A DNA stretch of 63,360 bases, filler included, from Callorhinchus milii (taxonomy: Eukaryota), in the NCBI RefSeq assembly GCF_018977255.1. It is 2 parts of 2 records of this genome, joined end to end, with 100 filler letters (N's around TTAATTAATTAA, not from the genome) between each part and the next. Parts side by side here need not be neighbours in the genome. Positions count along the whole stretch, not along the records: positions 31,757 to 63,360 come from NW_024705612.1; 1 more part is not named here. One strand, given 5' to 3'. The first letter of the stretch is position 1; each line of letters opens with the position of its first letter. The translations under genes and the position numbers were made by a program. Below the pieces are notes generated by a model, which did no database searches, was not told the origin of the DNA, and worked only from the letters and a program-made list of their open reading frames with translations. Of this stretch, positions 36,401 to 50,845 are shown piece after piece.

Positions 36401-39400
36401 TTGCGAACCCATACGGGGACTTGTTGTAGCCGAGTCCTGGATTTCAGGCGGAGGTTTGGTACGGGATAGTCTTTGTCTTTTCTAGAGGAGTAGCTGCCCG
36501 CCTTACATATAGACCGTCGCCAGGCCATGCAAAAATTGAAATGCCCTTATGACACAGGGATCAATGGTCTGGACATCGGAAGTGGACTCAGATACCGGGA
36601 AAGATTTGGAGCTCCACTCTCTACAAAAGAGAGAGGAGTTCTAGATGCGTCATCAGATGGATCTGGACTGGTAGACTACTACAGAAACCTACCCTTTGGG
36701 CTGAAAACGATGTGGGGAGGAGAACAAGGCTCGCGTGCTCTATTGAGCATGTACCCGTGTTGCCTACCCCACAAGAGTGGAAAGCGAGCGGATGTCGGCC
36801 TGAAGCGTCCTGCCAACAGGAAATACGTTCATAACTAGACATCTAGGTCTGCAACAAAAGGTTGACGGAACTTACGGAGCGTCACCGCGAGCGCTACTCT
36901 GCATCTAAATGACCATATGAGTGACATGGAAGATTAAGTCTCACGGCGCCTCCGGAACGAACGTTGGCCCACTTGTCAATTCGCGTATCCAAAGACTATA
37001 TAGTCCGTTATAAGGTCATTCAACCGGCCATCTCCACGGTACTACAATACGCTGCGGCCAGTTGTGCCGAATACAGTGTGCCCTATAACGGTGCAGGGTA
37101 TTCAGGTTTCAACCGTGGTTGATAGGCTGTCGAGACCGACAGGGCGGTTTTCTGTTGCCCGCATAAAAGGATATCAGAATCAGATCCACTACTTCCAAGA
37201 GGGGGAACAGAGTGTCTAATGCAGCCTGTACGCTCGCGTCCCCCACCCGATAAGACGGTCCCGTCAGTCCTTGTTATTGACGGTGCCCGGTGTCCGCAAC
37301 GTTCGGCTGCCGAGAATTACCAGCCGTAGAGCAAGAGGGGAAACATTCTACACGATATGATAAAGGCGGTACGTGGCACGCAATGTCAGTTAGTAGATGA
37401 GAATGATCGCAGGAAATTTATCGGCATTATCTACAGTTCTATATTTTTTTGTAGTGGATCACGGGGCTGCACTCTCAATCTGGAGAAAGAGTCGTTATAT
37501 ATTCGCGAGCCGTTTGTCGGATGGTAAGGGGCCTGCCTTAGTTCCTATCAGTACCGCGTAAGCTGTTGACTGAACGAACCGTTCGAAACTAACGGAGGGT
37601 GTCGCTATCACCTTAGATGATGAGGAGACTGGTATCGGGCGATTGTCGAGGTCGAAGGACTGACGGCAGATAATGAAACACCCAGTTTTGAAAAACCGGC
37701 TTTTTCTCACTGGTTTTCCCGTCAATTTTCGGTCTCCGGGTAGACCTACAATTAACTGCACAGCAATTTCGATCGCGAAAATAGTTCCCGCGGTACAGGT
37801 CGGCGGGTGGTAGGTTATCGAACCGCTATAGGCATGCCTTGGCCGTGAAGTTACGTATCGCGTTTGGGTGCGTGTTCCATGATACTGCGAGCCGGGGAGG
37901 CATTTCATTAGATTATGCATGGCCTCAACAGGTAATTTACGCGATCAATCATTCCCACATACAACCCATCAGTGCATAACCCATATGCGAGTCGAGGAGC
38001 TATGAGGATCGGCGTGCGGACAAGGCCTATCAAGGGGCAACAGTGCTAGACTCATGCCGTGCTAGTCTGAACAAAATTCACTCAGCGGCCCTTAAAACGA
38101 ATGGGGAAATTGGAATTGCGGAGCTACTAAATGGGGGTAAACACGCTGTGTGGGGGTTGTTGACGTGACTACTCGCAACACTGAAATGTCCAGATATCTC
38201 TGAGGCTCAAATTGTGCAATGCGTTTATCGCACAATTGACGAGAAACTATCGTGGAGAGCTAAGGAACGCTCCAATGTGATGGCGATTACACGACCGTTT
38301 AATTTGGCTTTCTTTCAACAGTGCAAGAGGATTGGGGCATCAGACACTTGGATATGAAGTAAGGCGCTGAGCCCAACCCACGGGCGGCTGCGCTACCTGA
38401 AGGAGATCCATCCCTTCATACATTAGTATGACGGTAACCTGCTCATAAATTTTTGAGTAAAAGGATCACCTTGACCAACTCTCAAGTACTCCCAAGGAAG
38501 CCCGAAGCCGACAGACTGTTGCGAATAGCGTCCGTAAGTCACAGCGCTCAATGGGAGCGATTCGTAAAACCCAAGTCTTAGGGGTCCGCAGGAGAGAAGG
38601 AACGCACGGCTGGCCGTTTTAGATCTCGCGCACGTCGGCTGCCGGTTTTTTTTGGTCTGGGAACGCATGCGGAGCATTCGTAGAGCTGCTATACGATAGT
38701 GCGGGCCCAAATTACGCGATCCGGCGGAGTCTAATACGGCTCGCTAGCGAAAATTAGTACCACTCGTGGAGAGGCACAGGCCTTATACCTCAACCCCTGA
38801 GCAGAGTGAATACAAGTTGCTAGCCGCTGGCCTGTCTAGTATGTGTTGATTTCAGCGACGAAAATATAACCAGTTCTGAGGGGGCGTGTACATAACTCTG
38901 TTCACTGTGTACACTTGGGCTCTGAAAGAAGATCACGCCTATGTTGCTGCATGCAGTCTGTGCATACCAGCCAAGGTAGGACCGACTGGTGGCACGAGAC
39001 GATTACTTCGGTTGCTATGAGCCAAGTATATAACTTAGCCCTCATCGCATAGCGAAGCGGAGCCTTGTTCTGCTACATATTGGTTTGACAAAAGAACAAC
39101 AGGAGGTCACTAAAAAGCAGAATCTAAACCTAATGTGTCCGAGGGCTGTTGGACTGGGACTGTAATTGCAAAATTGTAATTTTGCTGAACACGGGTGCTG
39201 GAGAAGAACAGACTATCACAACGAAAGGACAGTGTGTGGACCGCGGCCACGTAACCTCAAGCGTGCTCAGCAGGCTCGCCTGCGGTGTGACGAGGATATT
39301 TGGCACTCATCGGAGAGTAATCACGAAACTATATTAGAATCTTTTGCATGCGATTATATGTCTGTTCGGCCACCTAGCTGATGGAAACAGATCTCCTATT

Positions 39401-42400
39401 ACCCTGCCAGACTACGATTGACTCAGCTTGTAAAACGTACGATGACAGCTGTCTTGGAGCGATCAATAGACCTGTCATTGGTGATCTTGTGGCCTCGTAA
39501 GATCTCTAGCTAGATTATCGCTCCTGTCATTAAACATTAAAGGCTTGGGTGCAAAAAGACCTGCCTAAACCTAAGCAGTTTGTCATGGTTGAACGCCGAT
39601 GCTCTCTACCGGCCGCACGATCGAGCAGGAGAGTTATGCGTCATGACGTGTGCAGACTGTAAATCAGATTCTTAACCCGATCACACTTCGAATTCAAACG
39701 GTATAATCCCAACTTAATGTTGATTGTATGCAAGACAGCTTACGGAGTATTGGGATTACTCCCTATTTCTAATAATCGACTGTTTCATTATCTGGGGCCT
39801 GTACGCGTGTGGCGCACAAGAGAAGACATCCGAACTAATGTATTGCAAGGAAAGAACTTTTACTTGCTCGGGCGGTCAATCGGTAAAGTTAACTGAGGAC
39901 AAACCATCAAAATTAGGCCGGAAGATATGGTGTAGTTTTGCCAGTATTTTTTCTGTATGCATGGCAAGACCCCGTTTAAGGTTAGCATGATGTTTTTCCG
40001 GAAGTAAACTCGTCAGTCCGACAGACACGGGTTACGTATTGACGACTCGTTTTCAAATCCCGATGTTCGCAGTCAGGCGCGATTATGTACATAAGAACCC
40101 CGGCCCAAATGACTACCTGATGCACGCTACGGTGAGCGGCGGGGACAGTACACACTACCGAACTGCTTACGTACTCGATCTATACTCACGGGTACCTAGG
40201 GAGCAGAAGTTGGGTGCCCCTGATGACGATGTTTGTCTCTTATACTCGTGTATCTATTTAGAGACGATCGTATGGCATGGTCTCTTTGGGGATCATGTTA
40301 GCGCGTACGTTTAAAATTTGGCGTCCACGCAAACGGGAATACTAAATATAGACGGAGGAGTTGGATCATCCCCGTAATTCGTATTGTCAAAGCCCGGCAA
40401 CCGCCTTCCAACTGATAACTCCAGGCAATATGACCCCAAGTTGATTATATATATAGAGCATCACTCGCTCCTTTTTTAGGACAATTCTCGTATACAAACG
40501 TTAAAAAGAGTGACATGCCTTCGAAAAAACCTTGAGGGTAAAAAAGATCACCTGATTGTAGTCCGACCATCTTGAAGCCCAGAGTCTTCGATAAACTTTC
40601 AACGAGATATAGTCCATGTTATAAGCAGAGACACATGACCGGCCTGTGTCGGTTTTTTCTGAGTATTCGACTGCGTCTCTCAACGCGAAGAATATAAAGG
40701 ACCCCGGGGTCGAGAACCATATCTAGAGTCTTGCTTATGGGTGAGTACCCCCGTACCTAGCAGCAAGCATCGAAGAAGTACGGCCCATAAACCCCCCCAA
40801 ACATCAGACGAACAAAGGCTCTAGCGGGTAACTTGGAAAGGGAGTGTGTTTAGACTAAGCGGCCTGGATGCCGGATGCGGGCGCGAAGCTATCATATCGA
40901 GTCCGGGCTTTAAGCCAGGTAATCAGAAACGTCTCCCTTACACCATAAATGCTGCAAGACCTCCAGAGAGCATAAGTCGACCCTCTGCATACTTCAGACC
41001 GGCCTTCAACGTTTATCACTCACGTGCGACAATAGTGTATGGCCATCTTGGTGTCATAACTTCTTTCTGACCGAATACTCGAATTGGTGAAGCGGCAGCT
41101 GCCGTTGTAGATAGCCGTTCTCTCTTATGCGTCCGGTGAGCTCCATCCCATCCCTCACGCACCCTAGCAATGTGTTGTGGCATAGCTATCGTCGAGACGG
41201 CCGACATCGTACGGACTGCAATACTCGGAATGGGCTTAAGGCTTAGAATAAAAAATGACATGGTGGAGGAGATCCGCTCCAAACCTCCTATGGAGGAGCA
41301 ACCACTCCGGACTGGTTACAGGCACCAGACAACCTCCAGTCGGTGTGAGTAGTGTTGTTTTCTAGGCGTGTGAAGGACATCGTATTTCCAACAAGGTAAG
41401 GGTCACTACCTCAACCTTCCTGAAGATAGATAGCGACGCGGAGGATGTTAATGGCCTGCATACTCAATATCCTGTCTAAGTTTAAGGTGGCCATATAAAT
41501 TAGAACAGTTAGCCGCATATGGATTGGACTAAGGTGCTAAGCACTGTGAGGTAGTGAGCAAAGTAGATAGAGTTAAAGCATAGGGCTCCATCTCCCAATC
41601 CGTCCTGAAGATAGTGCGTGGAAGCAAGGCATCAATTTCGCCCCGCTTCGCCTCACTTCAAATCATACGTCGGTCACAGGGCCGAGTCGAATAACTTCAC
41701 TCCATCCAGTAGCAATAGCATTCTTGCTTTCCTCCAAGTGCATGGGAAGTTGGCGCTGAGTTCCTTATTGTGTCCGTTGTCGGACAATTTAGCGTAATTC
41801 TGGTCCACAGGAAGGAAATCTCCGGGGGTAAAGTTCCATCTGTAAATCCCACCACCCTAGGTACAGCGTTGTGGTAAAACTGAGTACTAAAGGACTGCTC
41901 GAGGTAGATGATATACATTCGTCTTCAGCTTGATTCCTTGCGGGTCTTTGAAATCCACGTAACGAGGGCGTGACAATTCACATCATTAAGTAATAACCTT
42001 CTCACGTGTTGATACAGTGGCAAATGGACTATTAATCTGAATTCAGGACATTTAGATACGAGATACAGAAAAACGGCTCGCCCTAGCGCCGGGCGAGGAC
42101 CGCCAGGATCTTTCACCAGACATATCCATTATTTACTGAACGTCGACTAGCTTTCAACACTATTCCCGATTGGCGGAAGACGCAGTATAGAACACAAGTG
42201 ATAAGCTTATAAGACCACGACGTCATCAGGCGTGTGCGCAAAGATTTTCCCCCATCGAGAAATTTGCACTTGTATAAAACGTCATCTTCGTCAGAAACCA
42301 TCCTAGACCCAAGGTGTATATCTGGGTGCTCGATATATCACTTGTGTTAGCCTAACTGTTGTCGAATGAAGATCATGGGTCACCGGGTCCCAGGGTCAAC

Positions 42401-45104
42401 CGGGCGCCAGGGGTAGCATTGTCTATGCACCAGTTTGTAGATATGGGGCGGTACATGCCGGCATTAGCTGGGCCATTGAACGCATGGTTGGGAGGACTAT
42501 AAAAGCCGGACCTAAAGGCGAACCCCACAAATTTATTGGCGCGTAAAACACACGATACATGTCTGAGTAAGTGTGGCTTTAATGGCAGCCCGGACCAGTT
42601 AGCTGAGCGATGACGATCCTCGATCTCATACGGCCGCGTGGTCCGGCGCGTCAACGAGGGTGGCACGCGTGACGTCGTCCAATTTTTTCACAACGTTCGT
42701 CTCAATTGGAAGCCATTCTTAGTCCGGAGACGTCCATAAAACGACATATCTCGATCAACTTTAGAACGTCCACAAGGAACATGCCGTTGACATGTAATTC
42801 CATTAGTTTACCTTTGTGTATTGCTCTGAGAATTTAATAGGACAGAAGAGATACCACTTTTTAACGTGTGGATTCAAAACGCTAAAGGTACCTCTGATGT
42901 ACTCTAACGCACTGTTCGATTTTCACCCCTCCCCCAGCGAGGCAGGGCAGTAGGCTCCATAGTGACCAAATCTAACTCTAGGTCCTGGTTGCTCCGGAAA
43001 TTGTGGGTACCAATGTCAACTTAAATTTTGAAAACAATCGCGTGCCTGTGCAGTATTAGTAGCCGGAGCAAGAGTTGGGGTCCTAGCGATAATAGCCTGC
43101 GCGCCGAACAGTTTTTAGGGCTGGCGGACAACACCCACTGCCACCCGCTTTCCCTCTGAGATTATCGCCCCGTTGTAACGCCATATCAGTTGCATACGGG
43201 TCATCTAGGACGTTACGCTGAGAATGCTACATTAGGGTGGCTACGCGGGGCATCCGCTTTATAAATTTGAACACTTCCAATACAGAATACCAGTACATAG
43301 CCGAGCCGGTCCAAACATTAGACACCGTTTGCCACGTGTTAGATCGGAAACGCAGCGTTACCGAGTAGCCAGCCTCTAGTCAAGCCTTCCCGGAGTAGTC
43401 AAATCTTATCAGGGATATTATATGAACAGTGCAGGAGCGGTCCCGTATCGCCAGTCTCAGCCGCTCGCTTGCTAGGACCACAAATCAACGTTTCCAGCGA
43501 CAACGATTTGACCTATTTTCATGGTGTCTATTAATTTTCTGTGTGAGATATTTCGTTATGTGGGTCATGGGGAGACCTGGCCCAGTGACTGTAGGAGTAC
43601 ATCGCATACAACGGTACGAACGTCGAGGTAAGGCATCTCGCACTGAGCGCGACTCCCACCTTCAGAGATCATTTTTTCCGAGTTATTTATGGCGTGGGCA
43701 TACCGGCCGCCACCAGATCGGTCCACGCCCCTAGCTGTGTATCTAGTTATTCATTCGATGGGGACTGACCCGTATATTGCATTCTGTGGTGGAAGACTTG
43801 CAGCCTAAGTCCATCTTATGTGAATACGGTTATGATGAAATATGATCGTGGGCGACCTCGTCCCTCGAGTTCACGCTAGTAGGTCCCAAGTCTACCGGTT
43901 CCAGCGTGATTGGTGTAATCACTTTTTTAGACTCGAGTGTAGCACAGAAAGCATATTCAGGACGTTTGTATCCGTACGTGGACATCTAGCACTACGGAGT
44001 ACAGTGGGTTCAGCGGTGAATGAGAGAATTCTGGCAAAATCTGGATTCTACTTCCTTTGTGGACGATCTCTTTCAACACATCTGGCCAACGTGGAAGAAT
44101 AGGTGAATTACATTCTAGAGGGATCTTTAGATCTTCCTCCAGTGAGGACCCTTCTTCCGATAAAATAAAAACAGTTTCTTGAATTGTATTATTTATGATT
44201 TATTTTTATTTACTTCTTATCTTTCTTTGATATTCGTTGCGCGTGCTTGCAATCAACTTTGCTCAGTCGGTGTCAGCCCTGAGTGCGTGACGGGTTTCTT
44301 TTTCATGCACTTCCCATGTGGCCTTTGCCGTTCCGTTGTAATGTGCACTACTTTATTGAGGGCGATATTGGCACGTAAAATAAAGATCGATTGATTGATT
44401 GACGCAGCGGCGGCAGAAAGAAGTGAAAGACCACCGCAAGGGGTAGAGGACATGGTCATGCCTCCACGGCCCAAGAGGCCAGGGAGGAGACGGACAAGAA
44501 CACTTACTTCACACGCTGGACGAGTGTTACCTTGATATAAACAAAAACAACAACAACAACAAACCCGATTTACGGCAGTGATACGTAAAAATTGCAAAGA
44601 AAAAAAAGTCACGCTATTTCAAATTAACAGAGGCCTTTCAAATCGGCTACTCATTGTTTTAAACCAGTCCAGTCGTCGAGCACAAATAAGACCTGTTTTA
44701 AAGAGACTTGCAGGTTCAATGGGCTCCCACGTGGTTCAAACAAAGGAAACATACGTCGCTATTCGAGCTTGGCTTAATACCTGAGCGGATAATCACGTAA
44801 GTTGGCACAAGAAAGTCAAGACTTGTGCTCCAGGGACAATTCCTGGTTTCTCGGTTTGCGACACGAGGCACGTCGTTTTCGTAATCTGTGGGATTACGAA
44901 AACGGTGTTACAATGCGATAACGTAAAGTTTTTGTTTTAGGGCGTGCAAACAATAGACATACGCAATTTTAATATACTCATTTTGTACGCAACTACTAGT
45001 CGTATTGTGTGTGTTTATTTGTTTTTGGGAGGTTATGTTCTACCCAATGAGAAAACATACTGGGAAAAATACTATTATTATTTTATCAGCTATGAAAATA
45101 CCAG

Positions 45105-45290
45105 CCATCACCATCATCCATGATCAATCTACTGCTGGACGAAGGCTTACTCAAGCAACCATCACTCACGATCCAGTGATGTAATAACGATCTTCCAGCA
45201 CCTGCACAGAGCGCTTATTTCATCACTCCATCTCCTCGGTAGAGGCCTCCTCAAGATGCGTTCCATCCGTTCACTGCGACTCCATCATTA
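45105..45290 (-). mobile_element. RTE-type LINE 3' end
   Basis: Reverse complement ..GCCTTCGTCCAGCAGTAG (AFVQQ) plus (GAT)n tail; related to 47440-47622. Confidence 0.55.
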
Positions 45291-45918
45291 TTCTTGACCA
45301 TCAGCCATCATCACACTGTCTGTGGCAGACAGTGTGCACCCCGCATCGGACGATACAGTCATCGGAGAACCCACGATAATTAATGGGGTCATCATCGGAT
45401 GCGATGGACTGACTACCTGAAGCAAAGCAGTAAGCAAGATTGTGGGTTGGGCAGTGTTCATCTCTCTTGGCGGTTCTGAGCCATGAGTGGGGATTCTACA
45501 GTATTCGACATTGTTCCGATTGTGGAGAAAGGTCTTTCCATGTAACACCACTCGCTGTTGTCTATGTTGAATATAATGGGAGTGGTATGATTGTAATCAT
45601 TTACGTATACCGTGATGACCCCAATTAATGGAAATAAATATCAATCATTACACGTTTGTAGTAACGCGTAATGATCTTTGGATATTGTAGCAGACAATAT
45701 TATATTAATGCCCTCAACTGACCCATGAAAGCCACGGTTTTGTTTTGATAATGGTCTTGTATTAGGATGTTTGAGCAATTCAATTCATGAGTATTTGGCA
45801 CAAAACTTGAGTTATATGAAAGAACTCAGCACATTTAAAGGGTAACACACAAAGCTCCATGCATACACGTTCAAGAATCCGTTGCTGTACTACCATTTCC
45901 TAGCTCCTTCACAGGCTA

Positions 45919-46028
45919 ACACCTACAGAACCTGGTATTCACAAGCAGTCTGTCATCCAAGCGCAACCGAGGCTTAAGCCTCCGAGATTTGATGAGACCG
46001 GGCACATTCAGGGCGATTCGGTTGTGAG
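45919..46028 (-). pseudogene. 5S rRNA-derived sequence (internally deleted)
   Basis: Reverse complement CGCCCTGAATGTGCCCGGTCTCATCAAATCTCGGAGGCT..CTTGGATG..GAATACCAGGTTCTGTAGG. Confidence 0.75.
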
Positions 46029-46754
46029 TATATGCAATTGTCTACCACCGTTAAGTCAGACGCTGCAAGTGAGACAGAGGTTTAAAAAAAAAAGAGACAG
46101 AGGTGAAGGGCAAGTGGGCATGGACGAGAGGGGGCTCTCGGGTTTGCCAAGTGTGACTGATGTGTGTACGCCGGGATTCCATGCAGCCTTGCCATACTCC
46201 AAGATCCATCCACCTTTTTTAACGGCTTAGAAACAGCAACATCACCCAACAGGCCGCGTCAACAGCAACGTGTTAGAAAAAAAAGTTTGCCGTAGACGTT
46301 GTAATAATACTCGTAAGGGATTTTAAAACGCATTCCTGATTGTTTTTTTAACGTAGTCGACTCAAGAAGCCAAAGCGTCTCCCTCTTTTATGTACTCCTC
46401 TCTCATCAGTCATCCAGAGTTAATGCTGGGCATTCCACATCCCTTTAGCAAGAGCCAGTCTCGCCCTATGCATTACGGGAGTAACGGTGCATCGATCCTT
46501 CGGCTGGTATCTACCGTTAAATAATTCACGATATATGCATCAAATCGCATGTCTAAGAATCAATGTTTTATTACTCGTATACAAGGCAAGGGGTCCATGT
46601 GACTCCTGCAGCATTGCCACCCGGCACGATTTAAATCGATCATTGAAACGAATCACGACCCTGAATCGTGACAAATCATGAAATCTCAGGGAGTGGGTGT
46701 GGAGGGAGGGGGGCACAGTTATTGCACGCTTCATGTACATGGTTTATATTTACT

Positions 46755-46900
46755 CGCCACGGTGGCAAGATGTTAACTCCGGCGCCGGGTTCGATCCCGA
46801 CGCCTGAATATTTGGAGTCTGCATGATCTCCCATGGTCGCGTGGATTTTCCTCCGGGTGCTACGGTTTTTCTCCCCACATTTAGAATCAACATGCGTTGA
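46755..46900 (+). mobile_element. V-SINE
   Basis: B box GGGTTCGATCCCG followed by V-domain-like TGGAGTCTGCATGATCTCCC..GCGTGGATTTTCCTCCGGGTGCTACGGTTTTTCTCCCCACA. Confidence 0.75.
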
Positions 46901-47439
46901 AAGTATTTGGCTGCTTTACATTTCCACGTGATAAGCAACTTCGTTGAGCTATCATATGTGGCTAGGCCGCTTATGAAAACGAGCTATATAGCTCAGTGGG
47001 CGTTACCTGGTAAAAAATACAAAATAGTTACTAGTTCATTAACCAGATGGGAGCCCACTGAGGTTCATTCTCTCCTTCCGTTGGCATCCTTTAACCAAGC
47101 AATCCTGATTACGATCTCGGTAATTACTAGGCGATTAGCATTTTTGTTTAAACCAGGTGAGAGACAATACTATTGTCATGCTCGTGAATTAGGAAGTGCA
47201 ACGGCCAATCTCTAGATTCGCTCAGTTGTTAATTGATCCTCCTGAATTACGGGCCTTGCCCTGGTAAACATGTAAACAGTTTTAATAGCCTATAAAGTGT
47301 TGAACATGCGTTGGCTACTCGGGGGGGACATGTTTGGAGGAGAGGGGAACGAGTGGGAGTCGTGGGCGGAGAGAGATGGAGATGGCTGTGTAAGGGGAGC
47401 TGAAGAAGATGGTGAAGAGGGTTCATACTGACCTGTCTC

Positions 47440-47622
47440 CCTCGTGAATGTCACGACACGTGCACAGCTCTACAGGGCGCATGAGAAGGCGACCACCACC
47501 GAGATGAGATCCGCTCGTGTGATGGAATGCGGCATCGCAGGACCGTAGGGGGGGGTGGTGATGGCTTGGGGAAGCCTTCATCCAGCAGTGGATGGGCAAT
47601 GGTTGTTGCTGCAGATGATGAT
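47440..47622 (+). mobile_element. RTE-type LINE 3' end
   Basis: Encodes RRPPPR..W.AASQDR..WLGEAFIQQW, then (GAT)n. Confidence 0.65.
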
Positions 47623-49279
47623 GGGACACTTACGGATACATTCCTGGAGTTTATCTTATTTTGCATTATAATAACGTTGAGAGTAATGTGCTCTTCATAG
47701 ATGTTCTCGACGCAGCCATGATGTTAGAGACTGCTGTATGGCGACAATGAAGCAGGGATGTTATTATTTAATATTGTATTTGGTTTCAAGTTCCATTTGT
47801 TATTTGAGCAAGCGCCATGCGTTCAAACAAAACGCTGTTCGGTAAACAAATGTCAGGCTGAAAAATGTTTGCTACTCGCAAAGGGGATACAAATGCACGT
47901 CCTTTTTTTATTTTGTTGAATAAATTCATTAAGGACTTCAGTGAATTCGTTTTAAGTTGAAAGACATTTACACGTGACAGATTCCCTCCAATCAGAGATG
48001 GTTATAATTGGGAGGCTTCTGTAAAAAAACAATGTATTCATCACAAAGAGACACAGTTCCATACTGGAAACTAGTAAGTGGCTTAACCCACCAAAATACA
48101 TTTTTATTCAAATAATCCAAGTTATTTCCCCGGCATGTCTAAGCAAAATTAGTGTCAGAAAGCCCTGTTTTGTGATAAGAGCATCTCGCTGAACACAATT
48201 TGCACAGTAAATTGAGCCACCTCTCAAATACGTCGTTCAGGATTTCCAGAACGTGGACATATCTGAGAGATCCATATATATATCTAAACACAGTACGGTA
48301 TTTTAATTTCCTTCACAAGAGCGAAGACGAAATATTTACGCCCAACCCATCCGTCCAAATCAACAGGAATGGTAATAATTATTTTTTATTGCGTCTATTT
48401 AATTGGCATTGCCAGCACACACCCTCTTTTTAACAACTGTGTGTGTGGCAGTGGCTGCTGCTTTAAGAACAGAGCTGATGTTTTCACAGAGCTGTTTCTG
48501 CAGCCATAACAACATTGCTTCACTCCCTCGTAAACATCGTTTGTTTACTTACCTACGCGCTGCGTGTTGCGTGTGTGCACATTCACACACACACACACGG
48601 TTGTACAATACTCAGCAAAACGATCTGTACTATATACGTACGCATGCGTTCTCGGTGGATGGGAACGGTGGTGAGGTGGTGTATATACTGAGCTCTGAAC
48701 CTGGGCTAACATCACTGGTGAGCGATTTCGACCATCAGCTCTGAGTGCTCCTGACGCAATGTGCGGTGGATTTGACACCAAGCCGCAACTTACGTTGCGC
48801 GTCTTCAACTCTTTGTCGATCCACTGCTGGATGGAGACCTTCCACACACCACGTCAGCCAACAAGAGGGTTGATGCCGACACTTTACCACGCTTGTTGGT
48901 GCGGGTTGGTGAAGGTTTGTGCCGGGGTGGGGCGTGCAAGAACATTTGAGATATCACTCACCACCACCGATATTAATAAGATTCGGAATATGTATTTATA
49001 CCGGAGGAAACCGATGAGCTTCAAAACCCTTTTTCACAGATGTCCAGTCGGGGAATGTCAGAACGGTACAACGACAAATACTACAACAATACGGCAGGAG
49101 TGCAAAGTCTAGGGAAGGTCAACAAATCACTCACAACACGTGCAAATTAAGCTAAAGCACGCATTGTGTATCTTAGCAGGTAAAAGCCACTGAGCCTTTA
49201 GCTGTGGCAATGCATGGCAAGCAAAATAAAATAAATAATCGAGACGCATGTTTCTTAGCGTGAAGGGAAAAACTGAAGA

Positions 49280-49425
49280 GCCCAGCTTTTAAAAAAGATC
49301 CACGCGACCACGTGGAAAACATGCAAACTCCAAATATACAGCGGGCGTTAGGGTCGGTATGGGACGTGAACTCAGGTCGCCGGGTTCATAGCACGTAACA
49401 CAAACCACGGCATCAGCGCTCCCTC
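49280..49425 (-). mobile_element. V-SINE
   Basis: Reverse complement TGGAGTTTGCATGTTTTCCACGTGGTCGCGTGGAT with upstream B box; same family as 46755. Confidence 0.7.
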
Positions 49426-50290
49426 CCATGCGTACAAACATCGGTTGAAAATACTTTCCGGTCGTTGTCATCACCGAAAAAACACGTGCATATAAATACT
49501 AAGCAAATGTTTTAAGACGGCGACTATTTATTTAGATCTCGAAAGTTCGAGTACATTACCTTCATGCTTGAGTGGAAGGTGGCAGCCTTCACGTCACTAA
49601 CTCTGTTCGGCGAGAAATCACGACTAGAGCCATCGACCCGGTGACCAAGCGTCGATCAATGGCAACGATTCAACAACCTTCAGCCTGAGCTATCACCACA
49701 CCTCCTTCAATGAAGTATTAGTTAAAGTTCAATGAATATTAATACTGTACGGATAAAGGTGTCGACATGGAACGTGCACACGTGAACCCGAGAGGCCATG
49801 GTATTAATAGACATTTTTATCATGTTTATAACCACAGTCTCTGTGGATAAGAATTGCTTTTAGAAACATGAATCCCTTTGTAAATGTATTCCTCATGAAG
49901 TGCCTTTGAAGTATTGTACCACTAACGTACTTACCACGACTAACATTAAACACACAGATCTGCTCAGCAACAAATAATCCAATGTACCCTACCAGTATTT
50001 TAGGAGTAATTCTGTAAATGAAAACTACATATTATTGCCCAACATCTTAGGAAATGGGGGTCGGCAAACCGAAATAACAAGACGCGCCAATGTTTTTCGA
50101 ATTCGGTAAAAAAAAATCTCATTATTTCAATGGCCGCAACGCATGTGGATATGAGACGGATGGTGGTCCTTAATAAACAACTGTCAGGAGTTAGTCCTTA
50201 AAGATCCGCAGGTTTGCCGACCCCTGGTGCAGGGAATCGCGCCCTTCATGGATGACAAACAAATGATCGAGTTCCTGTGAATGAAGTGAA

Positions 50291-50480
50291 GCTGTGGCGC
50301 AGTTAGTTGCACGTGTGCTGAGCCATCGAACCCGGCCACTTGAGTTCGATTCCCGGCTTCAGTTAACATCAGTAACGGGTGGTATTCAAACCGGCGGCCA
50401 ACTCCCCGTTCACCAATATTCACTCACCAGCGTAGCGAAGTCTGGTAAGAATAAAACCCTCCCGGATACTGACACAAGTG
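50291..50480 (+). mobile_element. tRNA-derived SINE
   Basis: GCTGTGGCGCAGTTAGTT..GAGTTCGATTCCCGG head. Confidence 0.55.
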
Positions 50481-50529
50481 TGTGAGGAAGGCGTCATGTA
50501 CAAGTGAATTAAGTTAAGAGGCTTATAAA

Positions 50530-50845
50530 TCTTTGGTTCGTTCAGTAAAGTCACGTGGATAGAAAAAAATAATATAAATAAAAACCACGACGTTTCGATC
50601 ACAACACAAGCGATCGTCTTCAGGAGGAAGACGATCGAAACGTCGTGGTTTTTTATTATTATTTTTTCAATCTACGTGACTTTACCGAAAGAACCAAAGA
50701 ATATGAATGCCTGCAGTCACGAAAGTTTTAAGTCAAAATTTAGAGACTTATAAGTAATTAATAATTTTTAAAAAATCATTGTTTTATCTTTTTACTATTT
50801 CATTATTTCCCTTCTACGTGACTTTACCGAAAGAACCAAGAATAT
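50530..50845. mobile_element. Penelope-like pseudo-LTR fragments in inverted orientation, with hammerhead motif (minus, 50585-50624)
   Basis: Arms TAAAGTCACGT..CCACGACGTTTCG / CGAAACGTCGTGG..ACGTGACTTTACCGAAAGAACC; rc core CTGAAGA-CGATCG-loop-TGATC-GAAAC-GTC. Confidence 0.75.

Noticed and set aside
34044..44050. Hidden phage/viral genes or alternative-code ORFs
   Set aside because: The frame I read by hand at the start of the block hit all three stop codons, and no ORF-track product resembles a protein family I know. A database search was not possible.
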